Origin: Desulfomonilia bacterium
GTDB taxonomy: Bacteria; Desulfobacterota; Desulfomonilia; UBA1062
DNA length: 64,000 bases
Direction: 5' to 3'
NCBI GenBank assembly: GCA_963664325.2
Contig: CAXXDQ010000007.1
Span: 800,001 to 864,000 of the forward strand
Shown: one piece after another, positions 28,240 to 38,129 of the stretch
How the letters are laid out: every line of letters begins with the position of its first letter
Numbering within the stretch: position 1 is the stretch's first letter
The notes under the pieces: model-generated
Told to the model about the DNA's origin: nothing
The model's database searches: none
The model's input: the letters and a program-made list of their open reading frames with translations, nothing else
Made by a program: the position numbers and the translations under genes

Positions 28240-30891
28240 TCAGTCGCCCTCTTTGTTAAGCTGCTTCCTGCGCGGATAGACCCTGACTTTCGCAGTCAAG
28301 GCCTCACCTAGCTTGGTCTCATTATCGGCATACACTCTTGCAAAATCAGCCTGAAAAAGGTTGGCCCCGCTGAAATTGGCGCCCCTCAGATCAGCCCTTT
28401 GAAATGACGCGTTCATTGCGTTTATGGATATCATAACCGAGCCTTTGAGCTCCGCCTTGATAAATCGCGCGTCCTTTGCGACCGTGCGATAAAACCTCGC
28501 TTCATTCAAGCTGCATTCGCTCAGATCGGCCCCGTTCAACTGCACAGCAGTAAAATTGCACCCGTTAAGGCTGGTGCCCCTGAGGTTCGCATTGTTCAGG
28601 ATCGCCCCGGAAAAGTCGGACTTGTCAAAACTGCATTTCTGAACAAAACGCACATTGGTCATGTCGGCGCTCATGAAATTAACCGCGCCTGCATTAACCT
28701 CGAGAAAAACGGCCGAGACAAGAGAGGCCGCAGTAAAATCCACGCCGTTGAGTTTAACCCTAAGAAAGTTGCATTTATCGAGATTCGCCCCTTTAAGAAT
28801 CAGCCCTGCCAGGTCTGTCTCAAAAAATGTCACCATTTTGGCCTGAACACCGGAAAAATCCGTGTTTCCAAATTTTGCCCCTGAAAAATCAGCCCCTGTT
28901 AGAAGAGCTCCTGAAAAACTGGCGCTTCTCAGGTCGGCCTGTGCCAGGATCGCTTCGCTGAAATCCGCCCTGTTTGCCTTCGCATTGACAAGGAGAGCCC
29001 CTCCGAGGTTTGCACCACCAAAGACAGCATCGTCCAGACGGGCCTCATTCAATGCCGCATGCGCCAGGACCGCATTCCTGAAATTGCAGCCTTCAAGATT
29101 TGCCCCGGTGAAGTTCACGCTTTCAAGGAATGAATCTTCAAAATCTGCGCCCTTAAGATCAAGCCCGGAAAGGTCCGCTCCTGTCAGGTCGGCTCCGGAT
29201 AAGGCATGCTTTTCTGAATGCGCTTTCATGACCGATTCACGGACTGTCTGAGATTTCTCATCAGGCATGGCCGGTGCAGCATCCTGATTGTGGGCATTTA
29301 TCCGGTAGGCCTCTTTAAGTTTTTCCTCACCTTCATAGAGACGTTTACAGAATGCTTCGTCGGCCAGGTATGCATCGATCTCGACAGGCTCGATCCCCTG
29401 GGAACGCAGCTTGTCCGCCAGAACTTTCAGGGCGTCTATCTGGGCCCGGGCGCTGAAATCGGGCGGTCCCTTAGGTCTGCGCTCAACTTCTTCGCGAATC
29501 ACGTTAAAGTCCATGCCCATCTTTTTAAAGAGCCCTTCGGTTTCATTAAGGCTCCTGATCTTTCCTTCCTCGGCAAGTTTTTTCTGCTCTTCTGCCTCGG
29601 CAAAAAGTTTATCCATATATTCCGGCAGGTGCTCAAGGTCGGGCAGAGGCTCTTCTGGCTTAGGTGTCCGGGGTCCATGAAGATCGGGATCAAGGCCGTA
29701 TCCGGCAACAATGGCGCGGGCCTTCTCCGTTTCCAATGCCGCACGTTTGCCGAGATTCCTGCGTATAAGCCCCTCGCCTTCAAACATGGCCTTGTCTTCG
29801 GCGACCTCTGCATTGATGGTTTCAAGCCCATCGGGCAGCAGGTCGGAATCCCTTAGCGCATAGAGAGGCCCTTTTTCCTTGTCCAGCCTTAGCCTCATGA
29901 CATCAAGATAATGCTCTTTGTGTTTCTGTTCGCCTAGATTTTCAGCGCCTATGACTATATGGGAAATATCGGAGGCATCCTCATCGCTGACTTCACACAA
30001 ACCCTGGTAGACAAGTATTGCCCGCTCGGCATGTGGGAAAAACCATACCGTTGTAAGCCTCTGCGGTATTTCATCAAAACTTTCACCGTCACCCTTAATC
30101 CTGTTGATGAAGCATCTGGCCGAAAAGCCGGGCAGGATTCCCGTTATGATGGGTTTCTCAGGGTGCATGTTATGTATCTGAAAGTTTTCGTCGGTCTTAA
30201 GCGGGTGTTCCAGCCACTGGTCCGGCTGGGCGCAGTTGAATATCGTCCAGTCTATGTCGGGCGCAAAACCCGGAAAATCCTCTTTCAGCCATTTATCGTC
30301 ATGCGTTCCGGCCTTTGAAAAGCGCTGGGGCCAGGAAAAATCCACTGGGCTGAATGATGCCGGTTCATGCTGTTTTTCAGGCGAGAGTATCCTTTCATCC
30401 GGATAGAGGACATTGGGAAGCAGCTGTACTGTCATGTCTTTGATGTTTACCGGCCTGAAGCCCCTGCCGAGGGGGTTTTTTTCAAAGCCTTCTCCGCCGT
30501 AGGCATGCTCCCAATCGATCTTCATGCTGTTAAAGCTTACGGGCTCACTGGGTGCGCCCGCATTCCAGAAACGCTCGCCATAGACATAAAGTTCCTTCTC
30601 AATATTTCCCAGACGCACTTTGACCGAGCAGCCTATGCTTTTTTCCCTGCCCGGGACAAAGGCCGAGCCCACGGCAAGGAATTCAGGTTTCTCCTTTGGT
30701 ATGCAGGCATCCAGTGCCGCATCTTTTCCGAGTTCGGCGGCCGCAAATTTCCACATGCCCGCCTCGGAATAGAGCTCCGGCTTGTCTGAAAGCGGGACAT
30801 ACATAAGGACGCTGGCTGCAAAGTAGAATCTGCTCCTGAATTCAAAACACCTTGTAAGTATGCCCAGCTTCTGGGGTTTGATCGTCTTCAA
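28240..30891 (-). CDS. DUF2169 chaperone fused to pentapeptide repeats (TagAB-like)
   Basis: N-terminal MKTIKPQKLG; GERFW, WEHAYGG...NPLGRG, WPQR...GTHD...W and FNCAQPDQW; C-terminal A(D/N)L repeats. Confidence 0.9.
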   Translation of the reverse strand: MKTIKPQKLGILTRCFEFRSRFYFAASVLMYVPLSDKPELYSEAGMWKFAAAELGKDAALDACIPKEKPEFLAVGSAFVPGREKSIGCSVKVRLGNIEKELYVYGERFWNAGAPSEPVSFNSMKIDWEHAYGGEGFEKNPLGRGFRPVNIKDMTVQLLPNVLYPDERILSPEKQHEPASFSPVDFSWPQRFSKAGTHDDKWLKEDFPGFAPDIDWTIFNCAQPDQWLEHPLKTDENFQIHNMHPEKPIITGILPGFSARCFINRIKGDGESFDEIPQRLTTVWFFPHAERAILVYQGLCEVSDEDASDISHIVIGAENLGEQKHKEHYLDVMRLRLDKEKGPLYALRDSDLLPDGLETINAEVAEDKAMFEGEGLIRRNLGKRAALETEKARAIVAGYGLDPDLHGPRTPKPEEPLPDLEHLPEYMDKLFAEAEEQKKLAEEGKIRSLNETEGLFKKMGMDFNVIREEVERRPKGPPDFSARAQIDALKVLADKLRSQGIEPVEIDAYLADEAFCKRLYEGEEKLKEAYRINAHNQDAAPAMPDEKSQTVRESVMKAHSEKHALSGADLTGADLSGLDLKGADFEDSFLESVNFTGANLEGCNFRNAVLAHAALNEARLDDAVFGGANLGGALLVNAKANRADFSEAILAQADLRSASFSGALLTGADFSGAKFGNTDFSGVQAKMVTFFETDLAGLILKGANLDKCNFLRVKLNGVDFTAASLVSAVFLEVNAGAVNFMSADMTNVRFVQKCSFDKSDFSGAILNNANLRGTSLNGCNFTAVQLNGADLSECSLNEARFYRTVAKDARFIKAELKGSVMISINAMNASFQRADLRGANFSGANLFQADFARVYADNETKLGEALTAKVRVYPRRKQLNKEGD

Positions 30892-30894
30892 ATC

Positions 30895-31266
30895 CTATTG
30901 CCCTTTCGTGCCGACATCCACAATTGCCACATTTTCAGGTTTCTTGGAGTCATATTTGACCCTGAGGACTGCCCCTGGTTTGTAGCCGGCAAGCTTAAGA
31001 GGCGAAACAGGCAGGGTTATTTCGGCATTGAAATCCTTTCCGGCCGAATCGGTTACGACGAGCCTGATATTCACAACCGGATTCGTATTGTGACGCCTGC
31101 CGGTATCGGTCACGTCCACAACCCTGGCGTTTGCCTCTATGCCGCTGCTGAGCACCGCTCCCCTCTTGAAATGGTTCCAGATTACTGGACCTACTGTTAC
31201 TGCAAGCACAATGCCCAGAATAATTATAAATATCAGGTTTTCCGTCAGCGTCGTCTTTCCTGCCAT
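30895..31266 (-). CDS. Small membrane-anchored DUF3592-like protein
   Basis: N-terminal TM; GIEANARVVDV.DTG...NTNPVV...PGAVLRVKYD..KP.NVAI; GGAGG RBS. Confidence 0.65.
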   Translation of the reverse strand: MAGKTTLTENLIFIIILGIVLAVTVGPVIWNHFKRGAVLSSGIEANARVVDVTDTGRRHNTNPVVNIRLVVTDSAGKDFNAEITLPVSPLKLAGYKPGAVLRVKYDSKKPENVAIVDVGTKGQ

Positions 31267-31279
31267 GTCCCACCCTCCC

Positions 31280-33493
31280 CTAGTCGATAAGCGTGAGCGT
31301 GTACATATAAAGCCCTATTGCGCCTGATTTGAGCTTGGTGGAAGCCTGCTTGAACGTCAGCGGCTCATTGGCCGATTTCACCCCGCACCTCTCAAGCGCA
31401 ATCCCCGTAACGTCAATCTTTGTGGCCTGCATGGCCGTGGAAAGTCCTGCAATGGTTGTCTGCATGGAAAGGATCGCGGTCTGGACCGCAAAGAGGTCTT
31501 CATCCTTGCCGCCGATCTTTGTAAACCATGAGTCCACCGTCTTGTTCCCTCCCGGGGCCACGACAGTGTAACCTGCCGGGGCATTGATTGTGATACCGGC
31601 AGGCGAGTTGATGGTCATGCCGCCCCCAATGTTCTGCGTAACGGCTCCGCTCACCGCTTCAGTAATGGCCCCTGAAATTGTCCGTGTTTCACCGCCGACG
31701 ACAGTTTCGGTTATCCCACCATTAATGGTCCGTGTTTCACCGCCGTCCACCGTTTCGGTGATACCTCCGCTTATTGTCCTTTTCTCGCCGCCATTGATTA
31801 TCTGCGTCATACCGCCGTTTATTGTCTCCTTGGCTCCGGAATCGACCTGCCGGGTTTCGCCGCTGTCGATGTTCTCAGTGAAATGTCCCTTTACATGAAC
31901 CTTGCGGTCGCCGCCCACATCGAGCGTATCATTGGCCTCAACCGTCGTATCCATATTCTTCTCTGCATGGACCTGTATCTGCTCCGAACCTTTCTTGTCC
32001 TCGAAGCGTATCTCATTGTAGTTCGCGTCCGAGCCCCCCTTGCTGCTGCGCGATTTGATGCCGGACTGGGTTGCGTTAGCGGGCAGCGCATAAGGCGGTG
32101 TCTGGTGGCCGTTGTAGACGCTGCCGGTGATTATGGGCCTGTCGGGGTCGCCTTCAAGGAAATCGACAATAACCTCCTGGCCTATGCGGGGTATCCAGAC
32201 CGCTCCCCAGCCCTGGCCCGCCCATACCTGTCCCACCCGGATCCAGCATGAGCTCTTCTCATCCTTTTTACCTTCCCTGTCCCAGTGGAACTGTACCTTT
32301 ACCCTGCCGTGCTCGTCCGTGTAAATCTCCTCCCCCTTGGGGCCTGTAACAATGGCCGTCTGTGTGCCGTAAACCCTGGGTTTGGGAGTCTCCCTCCTGG
32401 GCCTGTACGTGCCCTCATGCGGAATGCATGAGAAAAAATTCTCATATTTTGCATCGACCGATTCTCCGCCGGCCCCGACATCTTCCCTGGCCTCGTGCCT
32501 GATGGCCGTGATTACGTATTCCTTCTTGTTCATGTCTTCCCTGTAATGGTCCTGCAGCTCGAACCGGTATCCTGAAATGAAGGCCCGGCACCTGCTGCTG
32601 CCCGAGATCACCGTGATCATCGCCTCTTCTTCCTGCATGCGGATGTTAGCAATAGTGTCGCCGTCTTTCCTGTTTTCATAATAGCCCGGGTAATCATAGA
32701 ATTCCCTCCCCGGAGGACCAATGGGGATTTTCGTATCATTTTCAACCTTGAGGTCTGTCGCGGGCATCTTGAAATTAAAATCAGCCATGGAATATTTGTC
32801 CGGCCTTATGTCGACCGTGCGCTCAAGCCCGGTGATATAGTCTTTTTCACGAAGGCTGCCCGAGCTTATCTGGCACTGCGCCTGTTCTTGGCCCGGGCAC
32901 GGCTTATGGGCCGCAGCGGAATCCGCAATGACCATTGTGTGCTTGCCGTTCTGGTGCTCGAAGAAATAGAAGATGCCCTCGTGCTCCATCAGTCTGGATA
33001 TGAAGTTCAGATCCGTTTCGTTGTACTGGACGCAATATTCCCTCTTTATGTACGGCTCCTTCTCGTCGATCCTGTAGTTCATAAGCTTTTTCTCAGTCAG
33101 TATCTTGTCAATAATCTCCAAAGGTTTCATGTTCTGGAAAATCCTTGAATCCGTTGTACGGGACAATATCCAGAAGGAAGGGACCATTATCGCCCTGTAC
33201 TGGGCCAGCTGAAGGTTCTTTTCCGTCCCGCCCGCGCCGCGTGTCTGTCTGAAGCTGGATATGATACCGTTAAAATATCGCCAGTCGCCGTTATGCAGCA
33301 TCAATGAGACCGTTACGGCCTTGCCCATTATGTCTTCGAATTTGATGTCGTTTTTTTCCGAAACCATTTCAAGCTCGTACCTGAACAGGCTCGATATCCC
33401 TTCAGTCCCTGAAAAGCCTGTAAGGATAAGGACATCTTTTCCAAGAGGGGTTTCAATCTTCATTGCCCTGTTATCCTGTGTGAATGTCTGCAT
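31280..33493 (-). CDS. vgrG: Type VI secretion spike protein VgrG
   Basis: GTEGISSLF, REYCVQYNETDLNFISRLMEHEGI, TDEHGRVKVQFHWDR, IPRIGQEVIVDFLEGDPDRP and NEIRFEDKKG; gp5-like beta-helix repeats at the C-terminus. Confidence 0.96.
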   Translation of the reverse strand: MQTFTQDNRAMKIETPLGKDVLILTGFSGTEGISSLFRYELEMVSEKNDIKFEDIMGKAVTVSLMLHNGDWRYFNGIISSFRQTRGAGGTEKNLQLAQYRAIMVPSFWILSRTTDSRIFQNMKPLEIIDKILTEKKLMNYRIDEKEPYIKREYCVQYNETDLNFISRLMEHEGIFYFFEHQNGKHTMVIADSAAAHKPCPGQEQAQCQISSGSLREKDYITGLERTVDIRPDKYSMADFNFKMPATDLKVENDTKIPIGPPGREFYDYPGYYENRKDGDTIANIRMQEEEAMITVISGSSRCRAFISGYRFELQDHYREDMNKKEYVITAIRHEAREDVGAGGESVDAKYENFFSCIPHEGTYRPRRETPKPRVYGTQTAIVTGPKGEEIYTDEHGRVKVQFHWDREGKKDEKSSCWIRVGQVWAGQGWGAVWIPRIGQEVIVDFLEGDPDRPIITGSVYNGHQTPPYALPANATQSGIKSRSSKGGSDANYNEIRFEDKKGSEQIQVHAEKNMDTTVEANDTLDVGGDRKVHVKGHFTENIDSGETRQVDSGAKETINGGMTQIINGGEKRTISGGITETVDGGETRTINGGITETVVGGETRTISGAITEAVSGAVTQNIGGGMTINSPAGITINAPAGYTVVAPGGNKTVDSWFTKIGGKDEDLFAVQTAILSMQTTIAGLSTAMQATKIDVTGIALERCGVKSANEPLTFKQASTKLKSGAIGLYMYTLTLID

Positions 33494-33944
33494 GGCTTTA
33501 CCTCGCTTAAAAATATTGTCCAGTGAACAAGGCTCTGAAGCCGGCAGAAAAGTCGGGCTTCTGCTGCCTGCTCCTGTCGTGTTGATTATGATAACAACAA
33601 TATAAGGATTAAAAACATTACTGTCTACTGACTACTTTGTCCTTTTCTGTTATTCTCGGACAATGCCGAACTTTCCGGGACTGGATAAAGAAAAAGTTCC
33701 GGAATCAGACGATCTCCTTTGACGGACGGCAATTGCTTGCCGGGCTCCTGGCCGGGATTTCATCAGCTGTAAAGGCCCCGGTAGAAAACCTGCAGCAGGG
33801 GTTCTGCAGCCACATAAGAGAGATTGTTTCAAAAGGGTTCCTGTTCAGGGCCGGGTAAAAGGCCGCAAGGAAACCGGCGCCGGGAGACGGCATAAAAAAC
33901 GGGTTACAAACATTAAAAAATTCAATATCCTTGGTAACTAAATC

Positions 33945-35675
33945 ATGAAAGAGAAAACTGTGACAAGGAAAATGCTCAAGGCAAGGATTGACGCCGCACG
34001 GGGCTCGATAAAGCCCGACCTAGTGCTGAAGGAAGGCAATGTCGTAAACGTATTTACCGGCGGCATAAACATCTGCGATGTCGCCGTTCATTCAGACGTC
34101 ATAGTAGGTCTTGGAAGCTATGACGGCAGGGTCAACATCGATGCAAAGAACAAGTTCGTCATACCCGGACTCGTTGAAGGGCATATCCACATTGAAAGCA
34201 CGTTGCTGTCCCCGTCTGAATTCGCCCGCGCCGTGCTTCCCTGCGGGACCACAACAGTCGTGGCTGACCCTCATGAAATAGCAAATGTAATGGGCACCGA
34301 AGGCATCGAATATATGCTCGATGCGTCTCTGAACCTGCCGGTCGATATCTATTACATGGCACCTTCATGCGTGCCGGCCACAACCTTTGAAACGGCCGGG
34401 GCAACCCTGGAGGCAAAGACGCTGAAAAAGTTCATCGGCCACCCGCGCATCCTCGGGCTTGGCGAGGTCATGAACTATCCGGGCGTCATTGCAGGCGACA
34501 GCCCGGTGCTTGAAAAGCTGCTCGCCTTTTCAGGAAGGACGATCGACGGACATGCCCCGCTCGTGACCGGAAACAATCTCAATGCTTACGCCGTAACAGG
34601 CATCAGTTCGGACCATGAATGCTCCATGATGAAAGAGGCCAGAGCGCAGGTTTCGGCAGGCATGCACCTGATGATAAGGGAAGGCACGCAGGCCAAAAAC
34701 ATGAGGGACCTGATAGGCTTTGTCACACCCTTCAACAATCCCAGATGTTCGTTTGTAACAGATGACCTGCATCCCCATGACCTCATGCGGAAAGGGCACT
34801 TGAACAACCTGATCGACCTGGCGGTTGAGCTCGGGCTGGACCCTGTCACTGCCATCAAGATGGCTTCATTCAACACGGCTCAGCATTTCGGGCTGAACGG
34901 CATCGGCGCCATTGCACCCGGTTACCGGGCGGATATTGTCCTCCTTTCATCGATCAAACCGGTAAGGGTTGAAAAGGTCATAAAGCGTGGCGGCATGGTA
35001 TTTGACGGCGGCAAAATCCTTGCGTCTGTTCCGGCTCCCGTTGTTTCGGGACAGCTCAGGCGCATGAATGTTGCGCCATTTGATGAGAACTCGCTGAGGG
35101 TGAAGGATACGGGCCGGAAAATCCGCGTAATCGGCATCATACCCGAACAGGTCATCACCCGCGGCCTGGTCATGGAGCCCAATGTCAGGGACGGCCTGAT
35201 CCTGCCCGACGTGAAAAGCGATATTCTCAAGGTGGTCGTAATTGAGCGGCACAGGGCTACCGGCAATCTCGGTTTAGGCTTTGTACACGGTCTGGGCCTC
35301 GAGTCCGGGGCGATCGCATCGAGTGTGGCCCACGATTCGCACAACATAATCTCGGCAGGAACCAATGATACTGACATCTATATGGCGGCCAAAGCGGTTG
35401 AGAGGATGAAGGGGGGACTGGCGGCGGTCAGGGAGGGAAAAGTCATCGCCAGCCTTGCCCTGCCGGTTGCAGGCCTTATGTCGGACAAGCCGCTCAAGAA
35501 AGTTGCCGCCTCCTGGGAAAAGCTGCGCAGTGTCGCCAAGGACCTGGGCTCGCTGCACAGGGAGCCTTTCATGGAACTCTCGTTCCTGGCCCTTCCCGTC
35601 ATACCTGAACTGAAGCTGACGGATAAGGGGCTGTTTGATGTCAGTGCATTCAAGCCGGTCGATCTTTTTGTCTGA
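33945..35675 (+). CDS. ade: Adenine deaminase
   Basis: GHIHIES, DPHEIANV, SCVPAT, DGHAP, DHE, IREG, TDD and AHDSHN motifs. Confidence 0.95.
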   Translation: MKEKTVTRKMLKARIDAARGSIKPDLVLKEGNVVNVFTGGINICDVAVHSDVIVGLGSYDGRVNIDAKNKFVIPGLVEGHIHIESTLLSPSEFARAVLPCGTTTVVADPHEIANVMGTEGIEYMLDASLNLPVDIYYMAPSCVPATTFETAGATLEAKTLKKFIGHPRILGLGEVMNYPGVIAGDSPVLEKLLAFSGRTIDGHAPLVTGNNLNAYAVTGISSDHECSMMKEARAQVSAGMHLMIREGTQAKNMRDLIGFVTPFNNPRCSFVTDDLHPHDLMRKGHLNNLIDLAVELGLDPVTAIKMASFNTAQHFGLNGIGAIAPGYRADIVLLSSIKPVRVEKVIKRGGMVFDGGKILASVPAPVVSGQLRRMNVAPFDENSLRVKDTGRKIRVIGIIPEQVITRGLVMEPNVRDGLILPDVKSDILKVVVIERHRATGNLGLGFVHGLGLESGAIASSVAHDSHNIISAGTNDTDIYMAAKAVERMKGGLAAVREGKVIASLALPVAGLMSDKPLKKVAASWEKLRSVAKDLGSLHREPFMELSFLALPVIPELKLTDKGLFDVSAFKPVDLFV

Positions 35676-35715
35676 TTATGCTTCGCAGGCGATTTTTTAT
35701 CACGCCCTGCACAGA

Positions 35716-36270
35716 TCACGCGGCGGCCGGCCCTCCCGCGCCCTGCCTTGCAACAAAGCCCTGCGAGTTCAGGCCGGTTGCCGAAGGGGTCCCGGCGATC
35801 TGGGCAAGGTATTTTTCACCGAGCTTTGCAATATGGTCGCTGACATTGTCGAAATAATTGAAGTGGATCTGCTCCTCGTCGGTTATCGCCTCAAAAAGTT
35901 TCGCGCTTATGTTGTCGCCGTTGTCCCTGCATACCTGGAGAAACTGATTATACTGATCGATCGTATCGTCTTCGAGCTTGGCGTCGAACGGGAATATGGC
36001 CTGCATTTTCTGCCCTTTTTCAGCCTTCTTCAAAGGCTCGACGGTAGGCTCTCCGTCAAGCTCCTTTATCCTGTCGGCAAACATCTCGGCATGCCTCATT
36101 TCGTCAATGGCTATGAGCTTGACCTTGGCGGCCAGTTCGCCGTAGTCCATGTCATCGAGATTGTAGTGCTGGTTCATGTACTGGGCAATGGCCTGCAGTT
36201 CCATGCCCCTGGCCTTGTTCAGCACGCCGATAACCTTTGCCCTTTTCTGTTCCTTTGAGTTCTGAGCCAT
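35716..36270 (-). CDS. bfr: Bacterioferritin
   Basis: ELQAIAQYMNQH, IDEMRHAE, LE...Y and DEEQIH ferroxidase ligands; AGGAGG RBS before ATG 36270. Confidence 0.9.
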   Translation of the reverse strand: MAQNSKEQKRAKVIGVLNKARGMELQAIAQYMNQHYNLDDMDYGELAAKVKLIAIDEMRHAEMFADRIKELDGEPTVEPLKKAEKGQKMQAIFPFDAKLEDDTIDQYNQFLQVCRDNGDNISAKLFEAITDEEQIHFNYFDNVSDHIAKLGEKYLAQIAGTPSATGLNSQGFVARQGAGGPAAA

Positions 36271-36394
36271 GAACAACCTCCTTTGTTTGATCTTCAAAAG
36301 TTACTTGATATTGGTTCGCAATATTATATTTATTTGAATATGAAATAAAGAAGGATTCACACTCCAGTCACATTGCCTCAAACGGAGGAAGCTC

Positions 36395-37009
36395 TTGGAA
36401 ACGCTTGAAGAAAAGATAGCCCGCGTGGTGAAAGAGGAAGCGGCCGTTGTTCCGTACGATCCCTGCTGGCCGGAACTGTTTGAGCAGGAGCGGTTCCATC
36501 TGCTGGCCAGCCTGCCCGAGGGTCTCATCAAGAGGATCGAGCATTTCGGCAGCACCGCCGTCCCCGGACTTCCGGCCAAGCCCGTTGTGGATATACTGGT
36601 CGAGGTGGCAAGCCTTGACGAGACCAGGCGGATAATTGCGCCCATCCTCGAAGCTCAGGGCTATGATTACTTCTGGAGGCCGACATCAGGAGACGATACG
36701 CCGCCCTATTATGCGTGGTTTATCAAGCGTGACGGCAGCGGAAACAGGACGCATCACATCCACATGGTCGAGTCCCGGTTCGAACACTGGGACAGGCTCC
36801 TGTTCCGGGACTATCTCATCGAACATCCAGACACCGCCCGGGAATACGGCGATCTCAAGGTGAGACTATCAAGGGTGCACCAAAATGACCGGACAGCCTA
36901 TACCGAGGCCAAGAGCGACTTTATCGGACGGGTTACCGAAACGGCCAAAAAGCACTACGCTAAGACCCTGCAAGTGCATGACGATCAGGGGCCGGACGCA
37001 GGCAACTAG
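36395..37009 (+). CDS. GrpB (UPF0157) nucleotidyltransferase-fold protein
   Basis: YDPCWP, IEHFGSTAVPGLPAKPVVDI, FRDYL and YTEAK. Confidence 0.88.
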   Translation: METLEEKIARVVKEEAAVVPYDPCWPELFEQERFHLLASLPEGLIKRIEHFGSTAVPGLPAKPVVDILVEVASLDETRRIIAPILEAQGYDYFWRPTSGDDTPPYYAWFIKRDGSGNRTHHIHMVESRFEHWDRLLFRDYLIEHPDTAREYGDLKVRLSRVHQNDRTAYTEAKSDFIGRVTETAKKHYAKTLQVHDDQGPDAGN

Positions 37010-37085
37010 CATAAGAATTAGTTTTTTACACAATCAGCTCTTTCCGGTATAAACATTAGTTAAGCCGTCATTGGGAGGGAAGGAA

Positions 37086-37478
37086 ATGGAAAATAAGGAT
37101 CGCTACCAGAGAGGCTGGGAAAAGCTTAAAGAGGTCGATGGAGAAGCCGGAGAACGCGTCATCGAAAGTCTGAAAGATATAGCACCTGATTTTGCCCGCT
37201 ACCTGATTGAGTTCCCGTTCGGAGATATCTACTCCCGCACTGCCCTTGATCTCAAATCCCGCGAAATTGCTGTTGTTGCGGCCCTTACGGCCCTCGGCAA
37301 TGCGGCCCCTCAATTGAAGGTCCACATTCACGGGGCACTGAATGTCGGCTGTAGCCGGCAGGAAGTCGTAGAGGTAATCATGCAGATGGCGGTCTATGCC
37401 GGATTTCCTGCTGCGCTCAACGGACTGTTCGCGGCGAAAGAGGTTTTCAAAGAGCGTGACGAATCGGGAAAAAGTTAG
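37086..37478 (+). CDS. Carboxymuconolactone decarboxylase family protein
   Basis: [27 protein letters not shown] and YAGFPAA. Confidence 0.9.
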   Translation: MENKDRYQRGWEKLKEVDGEAGERVIESLKDIAPDFARYLIEFPFGDIYSRTALDLKSREIAVVAALTALGNAAPQLKVHIHGALNVGCSRQEVVEVIMQMAVYAGFPAALNGLFAAKEVFKERDESGKS

Positions 37479-37583
37479 ACTGTTCGGTGATTGAATAAAC
37501 TCAGGCCGGCAAATCCTTTCACTCTTTTGCCGGAAGGTTATGCGAGGCGTTAGAACAAGGCACCCTACGAAAGGAATATAATC

Positions 37584-37784
37584 ATGAAAGAAGTTTCAAT
37601 AAACAATGACATTATTCCAATTACCGATTTCAAGTCAGGCATATCAAAAGACTATGACGATCTCGTTTATAGAAAATCATTTCTCGATTCTGTAAGCAGA
37701 GGTATTGCTGATGCTGACAGCGGAAGAACATCCAGCACAAAAAGTCTCAGGGCAAAAATGTCTTCAAAAAGGAATGGGATATAA
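37584..37784 (+). pseudogene. Phd/YefM-type antitoxin with an apparent in-frame internal deletion
   Basis: N-terminal DIIPITDFK and C-terminal DYDDLVY...SVSRGIADADSGR resemble Phd antitoxins, but the central P-x-x-ITxxG segment is missing. Confidence 0.5.
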
Positions 37785-37792
37785 AGTTTCTC

Positions 37793-37821
37793 TTGAAATA
37801 TTGTATCCTAAAGGATACTGT
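37793..37821 (+). promoter_or_regulatory. Sigma70-like promoter with palindromic operator for the TA operon
   Basis: TTGAAA (37793-37798), 17-bp spacer, TACTGT (37816-37821); perfect palindrome GTATCCT-AA-AGGATAC (37803-37818) covering the spacer and overlapping the -10. Confidence 0.55.
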
Positions 37822-37829
37822 ACAATATA

Positions 37830-38120
37830 ATGATAAAAGTTCTCCAAACTGTGGAATATTCAAAATGGTTTGATAATCTTCACGACCGTCATGCTCGAAT
37901 GAGGATTGACATCAGGATCAGGCGATTGTCTCTTGGGAATCCAGGTGATGTTAAGCCTGTCGGTGAAGGTGTTTCAGAGCTTAGAATTGATTTTGGTCCA
38001 GGCTACAGGATTTATTTTATTCAGAAAGGTAGCACATTGATAATACTTCTTGCAGGTGGAACAAAAGGCACTCAGAAAAAAGATATCAGGCAAGCTATCG
38101 AACTGGCGAAACAGACATAG
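37830..38120 (+). CDS. RelE/ParE-superfamily toxin (addiction module killer, HI1419-like)
   Basis: RIRRLSLGNPGDVKPVGEGVSELRIDFGPGYRIYF...LLAGGTKGTQKKDI. Confidence 0.92.
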   Translation: MIKVLQTVEYSKWFDNLHDRHARMRIDIRIRRLSLGNPGDVKPVGEGVSELRIDFGPGYRIYFIQKGSTLIILLAGGTKGTQKKDIRQAIELAKQT

Positions 38121-38129
38121 GAGTTGAAT

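Noticed and set aside
33637-33893. Short ORFs and hairpins between vgrG and ade
   Set aside because: Overlapping short ORFs without recognisable domains; could be a regulatory region or gene remnant, but nothing supportable by eye.
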